Origin: Camelus ferus
Lineage: Eukaryota
Direction: 5' to 3'
NCBI RefSeq assembly: GCF_009834535.1
Contig: NC_045696.1
Span: forward strand, 30,444,001 to 30,508,000
Length of the DNA stretch: 64,000 nucleotides
The notes under the pieces are model-generated. The model was not told the origin of the DNA. It worked only from the letters and a program-made list of their open reading frames with translations, and did no database searches. Shown here one piece after another: positions 37,416-50,645 of the stretch (within the stretch, counting starts at the first letter, position 1; every line of letters starts with the position of its first letter). The translations under genes and the position numbers were made by a program.

Positions 37416-38444
37416 CTGAAGATGCACCTAGATCGAGTATAACACGATTGGTGGATTACCTTGTAGCACAGTTCTTAAAAGAATTAGTAACAGAATTTCC
37501 TGCTAGAAGGAGAGTTAACTGCCCAGTTTCTGACTTCCAAATTTGGCTGATAAGCAGAAGCCCATGTGACTGTTCCCGTGGATTTTTGTCTCACTCTGGC
37601 ATCAAGGGCAGAAGCCCAGGAGCACCTGTTCCACACACTCATCTCAGTGCACTTACTCTCAGGTCTGGGAGAGCTTTCTCTCGTGATATTTTCATATACA
37701 CTTCTTTGTTCATGTTTGACTGTTAAAATTCTCTCCTATCCCCACCATGGCAAAAAGAGGCCATCTTTTTAGTGGATTCTATCATTTGAGTGCTTTCTGG
37801 ATTATTCATGGAGAATTAATAATTAAGTCTGAGGACAGCAAAGCATTTTTTTTTCCACTTTGAAAAACTGGTGAGATAGGAGTCATACCAAAAAAAAAAT
37901 CATCTTTTTACTGTTCAACAAGTCATATTGGCACTTTATAGGCAGAGTGTATTTATAGGACTTGTGTGGGTAAGAATTTCACTTGAAATGCCATTGCTTC
38001 AGAGATACAGGGAAACATTTTAAATAGAAGATGTGAGAAAGCCTCCTATTTGTCCTCAGGTCCCCCCAATCTAGATGAAGACACCAGAGCTCAGTAGAAA
38101 GGAGGGAGGGGGTAAAAAATCGCCTCAAAATTTATAGTTTCTAGAAAAGTTGGCATTCTTTTTAGATTATTGAAACTTTGATTCATACTGATAGATTTCA
38201 GGAATATTTTACTTTATGAAATTAAAGGAACTTTTCCTAAGTGTCATAGGCTCTTAAATCACATTTTCAGCTTGTTTCAAGCTTCCCTAAAATTATAGCT
38301 AATTTGTATGACAAAAAAATGTGATGAACAGTTATGAAAAAAGGGATTTATTTATTTGTTGACTTCTGTGAGGTTTGATTTTTCTCCTAGCCAGAAAAAG
38401 ATTTCTCCTATGAAACATAAAATATTAAATGTGACAAAATTAAT

Positions 38445-38570
38445 ATTAATTCAATAATGCAATAAGAACTTGTTGAATATCCAGTATGTACCAGTTATTG
38501 TTCCACTGACCATGGGTATAAGAGTATACAAAATAAAAATCCTTCCTTTAGTAGAGCTTGCTCTCTGGCA
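38445..38570 (-). mobile_element. L2 3' tail
   Basis: ttgttgaatatccagtatgtaccag...aaaatccttcctttagtagagctt. Confidence 0.6.
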
Positions 38571-39287
38571 TCAAGTAAATAAGAATGAATCATAGCATTC
38601 CATTACTTGTTACATGGAAATTTTTAAAACATATGCTGTATTATTTGTTAACCAGAGTGAATTATTTTGGAGTGTTGCAATTATTAAATGTACGTTGTCC
38701 ATAATTACAGGTATTAGTTAGAGTAACAACTTTTTGGTCTGAGTGGTTATAGCAAAGTTAGTGGGTCCACTGAGATGCCTGCCCTTCTTTCTCATCTTTC
38801 TTCTCCCCTATAAATGACTAGCAAATTTGTGCAATGTCTGCTCAGTGGATGAACCAGAATGAAAAATGTCTCATACGTCTGTTGTTCTTGAGTCTAATAG
38901 ATTACCTATTTTTTATTTTTGTCTTTCTTTCAACAAGTCAATTGAAACATAATTTCAGTTGTGCTCTTTGGATGATTTCAATTGCTTCAGGGAGAGGAAG
39001 GTGGAAATATATCTTTTAATCCATGATACATCTCTGTTAGATTTCTTTCAAACTAATTAGCACTAGGTCGTCTGACAAATACAGGTGCAGGTAACCAAAC
39101 AGGGGGAAGAGTTTCCAAGGCAGCCAGCGGTTCACGTAGGATGAGAAGGCTGTGCTGAAAGCCAAGCAGAAGACACATTCCAGGCACAGAAAGGAGAACT
39201 TTGCTGGGGAATGAAAGTATTTTCCAAAATATCAAGCATAATGTAGTAAAACCAGAAAAACTCTAGATAACTACGCCAAGTCAGAGA

Positions 39288-39720
39288 CATATTTAAGAAT
39301 TATTTATTGAACGCTAGCCAGCTGTTGTGCTTATGAAAGGTCTTGGCATGGACTGAGGGGTAAACTAGACCAGACTTAGCTTCTTTCCTTTTTAACTTTA
39401 TAGTTTACTGGGGGGTATCTACTGGGGAATATTGACATTAAAGAAAGAAACACACACATATAAACAATATTATAAGTTATCTTAAGTGCTTTGAAGGAAA
39501 ATAATAAAATGCTATGAGAAAAATCGATGGAATGATTTAATGTATTTTGGGCAATAAAAGAAAGCACTTTTTCCTCACTGAAATTTAAGCTGGGATCTGA
39601 AGTACTAGGTGAAAAAAACTAACGAGAAAAGGAGATCAGATCGTTCTGGGAAATAATAGATGGACAGTGTCCTTTGACCGCAGTGAACAGGGAGAGACTG
39701 AAGTGTGAGGAGGCAATTAC
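39288..39720 (-). mobile_element. L2 fragment
   Basis: tatttattgaacgctag...aagtgctttgaaggaaaataa...aaatttaagctgggatctgaag. Confidence 0.6.
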
Positions 39721-40491
39721 TTAGAAGCAGACATGGTTGATATGAAACACCTGGTCATGAACAGCATTGTCCTGGCTGCAGTTTGCCAAATGGTAAAATC
39801 TTTAAATAAACATCAGGTGAACTGGAAGTAAGAAACATTGATATTGGGGTTTAAAATGCCCCTCTCCACTAAAAATAGAGTTGGTATAATAAGTTTATCA
39901 AATATTTGATTTTGAAGTACTCCTGGATCACCATTATTTTAAAGTGACTTTATGACACAGAGGTTTTCATATTTTTCTACAGTATTGCCTATTGGTATGT
40001 ATTGTGGTATATGATTGTCAAAATAATAAACAAACAGAAAAGTGTGAAAAATTGAAATGACAGGACTGTTGAAGTAGCTTTAACATGGTGATGTGCTGAA
40101 ATCTAGGGGCTGAGAGATACTGTGAGTTTTGATACAGTGAAATTAAATCAATATCAGACAGTGACCAATGTGTCTGACTACCCAATGTGCCTAGCAGGCA
40201 GCAAGAAAATTCTCCCAGTACAAATAAGAAAAGCCTCAAGTAGCTTGTCAGGGGCAAAAAAGAGGAAAACAAAATCAGTTGCAGACTAGCTGATTCTGAG
40301 AAGAGTACAGAATGTTTAGTACAAAATTCCCCCAAGAGATTATCTGTATTTGGCATTTTTATCCTCTAGTACTACATAATGCAACTGAATCAACCAAATG
40401 TATTCAATGTTTTATTTGAGAAATTTGATATGTATACATAAACAATTACACGTATGCGTATATGTGTGTGTATTCAAATGTTATTTGTTCA

Positions 40492-41198
40492 TGTGTTCCA
40501 GACTGAAGATACCCCTCCCAGGGATGGCTAATCCCACTGCAGGGAGCCAATGCATCTCTTACCTCAGTGGTAAAGGTGTGAATTAGGTAAGGATTTTTTT
40601 TTCTTTTAATTTTTTTAAAATTAAAAAATAATTTTTTTGAGTTATAGTCAGTTTACAATGTTGTGTCAATTTCCAGTGTAGAGCACAATTTTTCAGTTAT
40701 ACATGAACATACAAATATTCATTGTCACATTCTTTTTTGCTGTGGGCTACCACAAGATCTTGTATATATTTCCCTGTGCTATACAGTATAATCTTGTTTA
40801 TCTATTCTACATTTTGAAATCCCAGTCTGTCCCTTCCCACCCCCCCCGCCCCCCTTGTTTTGATTTAAAGAGGTCTTCCTGGATTACCCAGGTGGACCCA
40901 ATGTAATCACTAGCATTCTTATAAGAGGAGGGCAGGCAGTTCAGTCAACAGTAGGAGCTAGGACTCAAGGTCATAGTAATGTGAGGAAGAAGCTCTGAGC
41001 CAAGGAATCCAGGCAGCCAAGCAGAGCTGAGAAAGACAAAGAAACAGTTTTTCCCTGAAGCCTCAAGAAACAGTGCAGCCCATTTAACACCACGATGATA
41101 GACTTCTAACCTTCAGGAATGTAAGGAAATACATTTGTATTGTTTTAAGTCATTAAGCTTGAGGTAATTTGTTACGGTAGCAATTGGGAACTAACACA
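40492..41198 (+). mobile_element. MaLR LTR MLT1D-like, split by a young L1 tail
   Basis: tcctggattacccaggtggacccaatgtaatcac...gagccaaggaatccaggcagcc...ggtaatttgttacggtagcaattgggaactaacaca. Confidence 0.85.
40594..40858 (-). mobile_element. Young lineage-specific L1 3' end (camelid-type)
   Basis: T-rich tail followed by tatagtcagtttacaatgttgtgtcaatttccagtgta..., the reverse complement of the 3' end of the 29187 copy, with subfamily differences. Confidence 0.9.
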
Positions 41199-41670
41199 AT
41201 ACATAAAGTCAGGTGTGCCCTGTATTACTTAAGGCATCTTTTCTGAGGAGCCATTTAAATATTTTGGCTGCTACTGTTGTCATAATTTTGTGGATGATTA
41301 ATTCTGGACCTTGTTTGTCATCTTGTGTTTGATGTGGCTGAACTTTCAATCTGAAAATTTAAATTTTAACTTTTGGTTGATAATTTTAACATGCCACTTG
41401 TGTAAGCTATCTTTTCTTTTCTCATCCAGTGTAAAACTCAGTGACATAATGCAGCTACAAGGATGCACCATTATTTGAAATGTGAAACCAAATAAATTAG
41501 ATAAAAATGATTCATACCTGTTATTATGAGAGCAAGAGATCAGACTATAGTAATACTGGCAAAATATTTGCCACTTCTGACAGGCTAAGAATTTAATTCT
41601 CAGCGAAAGTACATTCCCAAGTTTCACTTTTGTTTTGTAATAAAATCTCAATTCCAGGAGATAGTGAAAT

Positions 41671-41683
41671 GTAAACAGGAAGT
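41671..41683 (+). promoter_or_regulatory. FOX:ETS composite motif GTAAACAGGAAGT
   Basis: Overlapping forkhead (GTAAACA) and ETS (CAGGAAGT) cores in non-repeat DNA, with extra FOX-like and GATA sites within 80 bp. Confidence 0.45.
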
Positions 41684-42429
41684 AGGTGTCAGCCTCAGGT
41701 CAGGCCTGCATCTCTCGGTTTACTTATTTACACCCAGTATTTCATAGTTGTTATCTTTAAACTAAATAATCATCTCTCTGAGTTTTCCTTAGGACTAGAC
41801 ACAACTTTTGTATGTGCAACACTCTTATATTTCCTTTTAAGGATACTAAATATGCTTGAGAGGACAGGGGCCAAAAGTGATTGATGTTGGAAGCAATCTT
41901 GAGCTGGGAAACAGCATGAGGAAATTGAAATGTTTGAAAGGCAGGTTATATCGATGAAGAGAGAGAAAAGGGATATATTGTGTTTTAGTTAGCTATCTCC
42001 AGTCTCTCTACATTTTCTTTCCAAGCAAATACTTGGTATCTTTTGAAGAAAAGAAAACAAATAGGCAACAACAGCAACAGCTAAAAGAGCAAAAAAACAA
42101 AAAAAAAAACAACACCAAAAACTATTTTGATATTAAACACTGTCACAAAATAAATTTAGTATAACTAAATTCATGGAAATTAAGATTATATTTTATAATG
42201 ACAAATCACTGTAACTGAAGAGATGAGCCATACCTGGAACAGATTCTAAATTGAGACAGAAGCCAAAAAAAAAGGCAAAAACATGAAACTCAACTCTAGA
42301 AAAAGGTAGATCAGAAATAGGAGGGGCAAACGTGACCTAATCAGACTATTAACAGGCAGGCCAAACAACTGATAAACAAGGTGATCTATATTGATACCTA
42401 TTCTTAAGAAATGATTTAGGTAATTCATA

Positions 42430-43930
42430 TATTTCATAATATTTCTTATCAAATAATGTGCTATAAACTATTCTAAACATTGGGAATGCACCATGAGTGA
42501 AAAACAGGGTCCCTGCTCTAGGAAGCTTAAGTTTGATGATGGAAGAGAGTCCAGACACATGTAAATATGTAAATATTTGTGCTATGAAGGGAATGAAGTA
42601 GGGAAAAAGAATATTAATATGAAGGCACAGGAAGGTAGTCATTATTTTAAAGAGAGTTGTCATGAAAGGCTCTCTGATAAGTTTGTATTACAAAAGAAAT
42701 ATGAAAGAAGGTTCAAGATACGGAAAACTGGGGAAAGAGTGAAAAGCAGATTGAACCATATGTGCAAAGGCCCTGGGGCAGAAGCATGCTAGATGTGTCA
42801 AAAGAACAGCTAAGGATCTACCGTCGTTAGAGTTGGGAAAGGAGGGGTGTCCTGGAAGGAGCAGAGGTCAGAGAAGTAGCTCTGGGAAAGATCGTACATC
42901 CAGCAGTTCAAAGGAATAAATTGTGGGTTTTATTTTGAGCAAGATGGGAAATAATTGGACTCCCTTGAGTAGAAAAGTCATGTATTGAAATTTGTTTTGA
43001 AAGAGTAACTTGAGATATTGTGTGGTGAACAATATAGAGAGTTCAGGTAAAAACAGAAAAATCAAGGACCACTGTAGCAGTGTGGGTGGGAGATGATGCT
43101 GTCTGTGTTAGTTTGCTAGGGCTGCCATAACAGAATACCACAGATTGATTGGCTTACATGACAAAAATGTATTTTCTCACAGTTCCAAAGGCTAGAAGTC
43201 CAAGATCAAGGTGTCGGTGGGTTTGGTTTCTTCTGAAACCTTTCTCCTTGGCTTGCAGACAGCCACCTTTTCACTGTGTTTTCCTGTGGTCTTTTCTCTG
43301 TGCTCACACATCCCTGGTTTCTTGTTCGTGTGTCCTCATCTCCTCTTCTTGTAGGGACACCGGACCAATTGAATCAGAGCCCACCCTAATGGTCTCCATT
43401 GACTTTTACCAAATCTTTAAAGGGTCTGTTTCCAAATAGAGTCACACTCTGAGGTACTTGGGGTTCAGGCTTCAACATAGGAATTAGGAGAGGACACAGT
43501 TCAGTTTATAGAAATACTGTCACCTCAGAGGGTGCTGGGAATGGTAAATTTGATCTAAGGTAAATATTAGAGCAAATAGAAGATTTGCTGATAGAATAGG
43601 TACTCAGTGTCAAAGATAGATGTGATGTTGTCGATCCAACAGCTGGAAAATGGAACTGCTAACAACTGAGATGTGGCAGCACAGGAAGGAGGACTTTGCA
43701 GTCTGGGGAGGGTAGCAAGAACTTAATTATAATATTTGAGATGCCTTCTGGGTATCCAGGTGAAGATGTCAAACAGACAACGATATACACAAGAGGTCTC
43801 AGAAATATCCATGCTAGTGATGGTGTAATTTCATGAGCCCAGCTGTGATGGGAGTTAAGCCTGGGAGCGAGGTGTAGGTGTGATCAGCGTACAGAGAAAG
43901 TCCTGGAGTGTAGGCCAAGGAATTCACAAC
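42430..43930 (-). mobile_element. L2 LINE 3' portion, split by MLT1B
   Basis: ggtccctgctctaggaagctt...ggctctctgataag...catatgtgcaaaggccctgggg...tccaggtgaagatgtcaaacag. Confidence 0.82.
43104..43516 (-). mobile_element. MaLR LTR MLT1B-like
   Basis: tgtgttagtttgctagggctgccataacagaataccac...aagtccaagatcaaggtgtcgg. The 5-bp TSD CTGTC sits at 43099-43103 and 43517-43521. Confidence 0.9.
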
Positions 43931-45699
43931 AATACACCCTGAAGTTTTCTCTCCCTGGAGCCTAAAAGAACAATCTATATCTTTATCACCTCCTCTTCCC
44001 ATTTTCCTGAGAAGATGCTGAGTTGCCCAAATAAATCAACAAAGGATACAGTATTTTCTACCACAACATCTTTTTTATTTTTTTGCCAATTATTGCCTCC
44101 TCTCTGTACCGTTTTTACCTTACTTTGAAATTTAATTTTTTATCATTCATTCATTCAGCTTCCTGCCCCCACAATAATGTACTAAACCCTTTCAATGTGT
44201 TAGGCATTCCTTTTTACAAGCCCTAGCAGGACTAGGGGCCCAGACACCAACAAAAAGCCTGCTTTTTCAGAAATTGTGAGACTGAGTCCCTCCTCATATA
44301 CCAGGAAGGAAGAAAAGGCTAGAGAGGAGGAGGTACTGTGCTTTCTGGAAAACCAGTCAAAAACAGGAAGAAACAAATGCATACACATGTTTATAAAAAA
44401 AAAACATTGTCTATTAGAAAATATAAAAGATGTTTGGAATTGCAAGGACTAGAGAGGATTAATTTATTTAACCTAAAACTTGAGGAAGGCAGTATTTTAA
44501 AATAAACCTTAAAAAATATTTTTTCTTGGAAATATGTAATATTAGCTTTTATTACAATCACCAATCACTGAGTGGGGACTTAAAATGTATGATTTCTGTT
44601 TGTATTTACCTATGTCCACTTAACAACCTAGGTCCATACATTCTAGGCACTGTGTAAAAAATTTTTCAAAAAGTAGAAAGAACACATACTATAAAAGGGA
44701 AATAGAATGTGTAAGGTTCTGAGCTAGGAGAAATCTAGTCATAAATACTTTTCCTCCTTGTGCTTAGATGCTGTTTGACCAAAACAAAGCTTATTTTTTG
44801 AATTATAATTTTAATTAAATTATTTTCAACCCAAAGCTTCAAGAAGTTTATTCCAGGAATTAAAAAAAAAAAATGTTTCTGGAAAGAAAACCTGTTGTTA
44901 ACAAAGGCCAATTGTCCATAATGGCACCCAAGCAATTAATCTTACAATGTCAATTTCTAAAAATAAATTGAATGCTTACATTTATCTTTTCACTTAATGC
45001 ATAATTTCAAGTTTAATTGAGATACCTGCATGGAATAAATCACATCAAAACACTGAAGATCGTTCAGCTGGCAAATCTGAGTGATTTTGAATGTGGATCA
45101 TAGAATAAATCCATTATAAATCTTTCATGTGTTACTTAAGTGAACGAGAAGTGTATCTAACTTCATCCATGATGAAATGATACTTGCTAAAGATTAGGTG
45201 AGTTTCAAAGTATCCAAAATATCTGAGCAAATTAAATGTAGATCATTTACGTACTGAGGTCTTTTTTTTTTTAATATTGATTACAAAATATATCTTGAAA
45301 ATTAAATCTTAAGTGATTATTGTAAAATTTCATAAAATGTTTTCTAATAATGTCAAGTATTAAAATAGCATTTACTTCTGCTGATTGCTCTCTTATGGTC
45401 TATCAGAAGACGATGGAAGGAATCCTGGCACTAGTAACTGAAATCAGAGGAAAATGGCTACAATCTGTAAATCAAAATATTGATTTTTTTTTCTTCAGTT
45501 CTCATGTGTGAAGACAAACCACAGAATTGTATATGCACAAAGTCAGCTATATTGTGGGGGGTGGGTATTTGACAGTCGTGGTAAAGGGCAATTCAAACCT
45601 GTGAATGCTAATTTTTCAGAATAAGTAGTGAAAATACTTTTTGAAAAAAAATTGTTTTTGAATCTCTTGTTATGTAAATGCCTATATCAGAGCTTCGAC

Positions 45700-45773
45700 T
45701 TCTCTTCTTGGCCTGCAAATTCTAAAGAGTTTATTATCTGGTCATTTACAGAAAATGCTTGCCTGCCCTTGGT
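45700..45773. mobile_element. MER58-type hAT-Charlie terminal fragment
   Basis: tttattatctggtcatttacagaaaatgcttgcctgcccttg. Confidence 0.65.
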
Positions 45774-46388
45774 CTAGGGTTTTTCAATATTTCTGTGTAA
45801 CATATTACAGTAGTTCTTATTCAGTTTTCTGCAGACAAAATAAATGCACCTTCCTACTATCCAAGAAAGTATTTAAACCATCTAAATGTGATTACCTTTG
45901 ATGATTTTGGACAAAACACCATCAATTTCTAGCACACAGTTTTTCAACACAGAGAAAGAAATATCGGTTAATTTTACTTTGCAAGCAAAATAGAAGTTGA
46001 CCTTATGAATAGATTCCTCAAATATAATCTAACATTTCCTGAATATTGATTTATGAAATGGTAGGATTAAATCATTTAATTAACTGAGTTACAGCTGTCA
46101 GACATTACTGGATCTCTTCTTATTAAAGGTTGAAAGAAAATCAAGCATGTCCTAGAACTGTCAACATAAAAAGTTTCCCCCTGCAGAGTTCTTTGATTTT
46201 TATTTTGTTCTATGTAGGAAAGTAGATACTTTGACTTTTCCTTCTTAGGCAAGGAATCAATGAATTGAAAATTGTTCTGACCATTGGCAGATTAGGTGCT
46301 ATCAGTGTGACTCCTGGGGTATTTTAAATTGGTCAGTGTTGGAAGATGCAGCTCAGTGGGCTTTGATAACTGTTTGTACAGGATATCC

Positions 46389-46390
<2 letters not shown>

Positions 46391-46435
<45 letters not shown>
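46391..46435. repeat. (AC)22 microsatellite
   Basis: Perfect dinucleotide run. Confidence 0.98.
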
Positions 46436-46436
<1 letters not shown>

Positions 46437-47040
46437 GATATATCCTTTGTGCACTGCCAGGCTATTTATCTTAGTGTTCCATTTATCTAAATAATACAGC
46501 TATTACAGCATTTAGCAGATACTAACTGTATACTCCACATTTTCTTCAGCTATATCATTCTCTGTAGGAAACCAATTCACAAGCAATTTTCTTGTTTGTG
46601 CTTAAAAGCCTAACTTTTTATATGCTCTTAGGTTTTGGCTCAAACACTTACTTTTTCTTGAAAATAAAGTCTCCTTTAACATTAATTTCCAATGCCTATC
46701 TTTCATGAATCTTAAAAGTGCATTTTGAAATTAGCATACCCTGTGCCTTAAAACAATTGTATGTGGGCATAAATCATACGCCAGGAGCTGCCATTGATTG
46801 TGTCCATTGCTACTTACATGGCATCGTCACAGTACGGGGCACTCAGGACCAAAGGGCTGGATCTCAGTGGGGACTATTTTAAGGAACAATGGACACTAAA
46901 CCCGTGTTTCCTTTGGGGTACCAGGTATACTATGCCTTGCTTTCCCTTTCCCCCACTTTTATCCATTTGTATTTTCTGTGTTTAGTAAATGTAATGCTTG
47001 TCTAAACACTTTCATGCTGTTTTACATCACCAAGCAGCCT

Positions 47041-47053
47041 TGACCTTTGACCT
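47041..47053 (-). promoter_or_regulatory. Perfect DR1 nuclear-receptor element (AGGTCA-A-AGGTCA)
   Basis: TGACCTTTGACCT on the plus strand, in non-repeat DNA with local CpG retention. Confidence 0.5.
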
Positions 47054-49789
47054 GGATCGCCCACTAGAAACACCTTTCTATTCGTAAGAGATCATAGTAA
47101 TTTAGGACAGCCATGGCTGTGTGCTACTACGGAAGAACTAGGAGAGAGAACCAAAGTTGTCGGATTATTTTTATACATTTATAAGATTGCCATTTTTCAT
47201 ATTACATCAAACACACTAAAGTATCAGAGGGTGTCAGATGAAGATGGTCCATCCCTGCATTAAAGCTAAGAGAACTACAGACACATTCATGTGCTGTACA
47301 CACAAATAAAATTCTGAATTTTGTACAGTTTAGTTTTTGAAAATTGTTTTGTTATTTGGAGTAGTATGAGACTTACAACTGAAAGAAAAAAACTCAAATG
47401 TCATCAGGTCTTATCTGGAGTTTTATTCCCTTTTCCCACTGCAGTAAACCAAAGTCAAGTTAAGAGCACACAATGCAAATGAAACCATATCTGGTTTTCT
47501 TTTCCACTTATATTTAATCACTATGCTACATAACTGACTACTTATACACTAGACTCCACTTAGCTGATGCTATAAGGTCTGTCGAATTAACTACACGATT
47601 TTTTTCAAAATATTGATGTCAGATAAACTGACCAGTAGTCTGCATTCCCCAAACTTCTTTGTCTGGAGGGACACAGAAAGCTATGCAATTAAATACTAAT
47701 ATCAAATAGGGAACAGACTTCCATTACAAAATGTTTACTCACGTCATATTGTACATTTTTAAGTCTGTGTGTATAGTTAACTGTCACTAAATCTGAGTAA
47801 CTCTGAACTTTCACACAGCCCTTAAAGCAATTTGTGTATGTCTTTACCCTTTTCTCTATTCAGGTGTCATTATTATTTCTTAGTGTGTGAATTGCCCTAG
47901 GACAGAAATAATGAAGAAAAGTATTTATGTTTATAATCAGAAATTGTATGAATAAGCAACACTGATACGAGAAGATTTGACAAAACTGAGTGAATTAGTA
48001 GGATGTTGTTGAAAAAGGGGGCCAGAGACTCAAAACCTTACACAAAGAGAATGTATGAGAAAGAAACCAATAAGTAAACTTTGTAAATGCCAATGTGGCT
48101 TTTAATGTGATTGATAAAAATGAATTCCTTGTGCTTACTTGGCAAAAGGGGTACCCCCATTCAAGAGGCTTTTTAGATCACCAGTATCTTGTTTTCCGCA
48201 AGCAATAATATAAATAAATCAATGCACACATAGGAGTGAACTATGCAAAAAAAAAAATCAGTCCTTCACCCAGGCATATGGACTTTCCCTGGAAATTTAA
48301 TAAGGCAGGCACCTCTATAGAAGACTTGGAAAGGCAAGCTCACTTGGGTAGTAGTAGTTAACTGAAATGGCTAAGGCCAAGTCTTCTATATTGAATCAGT
48401 TATGTGGCCAAGCCTAATTCTGCTTATAAACGTATGTAAGAGAGTGGAGAAAAAGTCCAATTTTATTGAGAGTATCTCTGTACTTAATGTAGCGGATCTG
48501 CAGTCTCTTTCAAATGGAGTATTTTCTAACATTTGCTGCAGAAATTTAACATATCCCACTACTTTCTTCCCATGCTTTTTATAAGAATTTTTTTAAACAG
48601 GCTTACTCTGTCCCTCAACTACTTTATTTATATAAGGCAAAATATGATTAATGAACTGTATGCTAAGTAACTTGATCTGGTTAAAATATTTAAAATAGGG
48701 ATGCTTACAAGTTCAGGATGCATAGATTAGGAGCTTAGTTCATCAGATATGTTGGCCTCCGAGGTATTAAGTTTCAGCTTGACTGTTGTCAGGAGTGGTG
48801 AGAGGAAACAGTTGGCACAGGGCTCCGATATTCTTAGCAAAGTAAAAGACACTGAATTTGACATTTTTCAGAATCACTTTAAATCTAACATGTATTACTT
48901 ACTTGCCAAATATAAAACAACATCCCATGGGCTGGTGTATGAGTAAGATGAATCACATCGTCATTGGCCTCATGTGGTGGTGTGACAAAGGGCTGCAAAC
49001 AGGCACGTGTAAACCTGAGGCAGCCAGTTGGTCGAAAGGGAGTAAGGGAGAAATCTGAGTGTGGGCTGAACATGAGAGTATTCAGATTCACGATTATAAA
49101 CTTGGTATGGCACTGAAGAAATCATTTAATATTCTGCAATTCTTAAGCTTGTCTGTTTATAAGTCTTTAGAGGGAAGAGAAACCTTTCATTATCAGTGTT
49201 TTGCAGAAATAATTTCAAAAATAGTAACAAGACATATATATATGTATTCTAACATATATATACACACACACACGTTATTTCTCCTATAATTCCTCTCCTT
49301 TAATGATGACTCCTCTTCCTCCTCCTTTTCTTCTCCTCCTTCTTTCTCCTTCCTATTCTCTGTTTTATTTAATGTTTCCCAAGCAGTGTGTTTCAAAGTA
49401 GATGGTCCTCTTGTGTTGGAGAATAGACGAGCTTTTTGGATAAATGGGCTATTTCAAATTCCACGCTAGAGGCATGACCAATGCAGAAGAGTCCTTAATG
49501 GTTTGGAGAAATCTTGTAAGGGATTTCAACACTTGGATGGCCAGAGAATCATTTAACACTATATAAACAACTACCATATATAGTGAAGGCTTTAGATATT
49601 CAATTTAGGAAGTACTGATGCACAGAAGTCTACCCCAAAATGAATAGATAACACAGACATGGTGGAATATAAAAACACTGCTTTCCAGTAATTTTCAGTC
49701 ACATTTAGAAGTTTCTGACCTCTCTAGTTTTTTTTTTTTTTTCCATACATGTCCAGAATCTCTCTAAATTGCAGATTGTCCCTTTAGAA

Positions 49790-50448
49790 CAATAGCTTCA
49801 GAAGGGCCTAGGACAGCTACCTAAGGACATTTTAGACTTTTGTGAGCATATTTTTGATTATCATCATTTGTAAGGCATATTACTGGACACCTTTCAATGA
49901 TCATGGTGGGCTATCTTAACAAAAGATTGTCAATCACATGTGTTAAATATTACTAAGACTAGAAAATAATCATTTATACTTAATAGTCAAATATTTTTGC
50001 ACAATTTTAATAAGTAAATGAATTTTCCAAATTGGAACTAAAATCAAGGATAGCTTGTATCAGATTTTGTTCAGATTGTTTATTGAGTTTATCACTATCT
50101 TGTAGAGTCAGGGCGTTAAGATCAACAATGTGTAATGATATTTGAATCATCAGAACAGCACATCTCTGCATTGGCTATAGAATTAGGGGTAAGCATTTCA
50201 CTATATCATCATATTTCCTATGGTAATAACACTGAGCATTTGCTTATTGGCATTTATGTTGTTTTACTTTCAGTAACCTTCTATATCTTTTTTACTGGTA
50301 GAGTGTTAGATTGATGTGAGTTGTTTTGAAATGACTTGCACACGTTGGTTATGGTATCTATGACTATCATTTCAGGATAGGAAAGGGATGTTACAAAATA
50401 TTTATTATACAAAAGGAGTGAAAGGTCTTACAAGGTTGAAAAATGCTA
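49790..50448 (+). mobile_element. MER20B-like hAT-Charlie element
   Basis: 3' end tatctatgactatcatttcaggataggaaagggatgttacaaaatatttattatacaaaagg...aggttgaaaaatgcta. Confidence 0.78.
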
Positions 50449-50529
50449 ACTGTGAAGAGATCAAAAGTTCTTTATTGAGTTCCAAAGCACAGACTCTTAC
50501 ACTAAGAAGAGATCACCTGTTGCCTAAAA

Positions 50530-50645
50530 CCCTTCTCAGTTATAGAGAACTCTGAATCCTAGAAAGATTAACTTCCTTTCCAATGGTGACATAAAAATTA
50601 GGGTAATGATGGGAGTAGAAACTATCTCTGAATTGAAAGAGTTTT
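50530..50645 (-). mobile_element. MIR fragment
   Basis: tatagagaactctgaatcctagaaagattaacttcctttccaatggtgacata. Confidence 0.5.

Noticed and set aside
39869..39878. Perfect MEF2 site CTAAAAATAG
   Set aside because: An isolated AT-rich 10-mer is plausible by chance in this composition.
46818..46873. 56-nt minus-strand mini-exon ending CAT|GTAAGT
   Set aside because: Weak acceptor and an unrecognised peptide; the region is kept only as an enhancer candidate.
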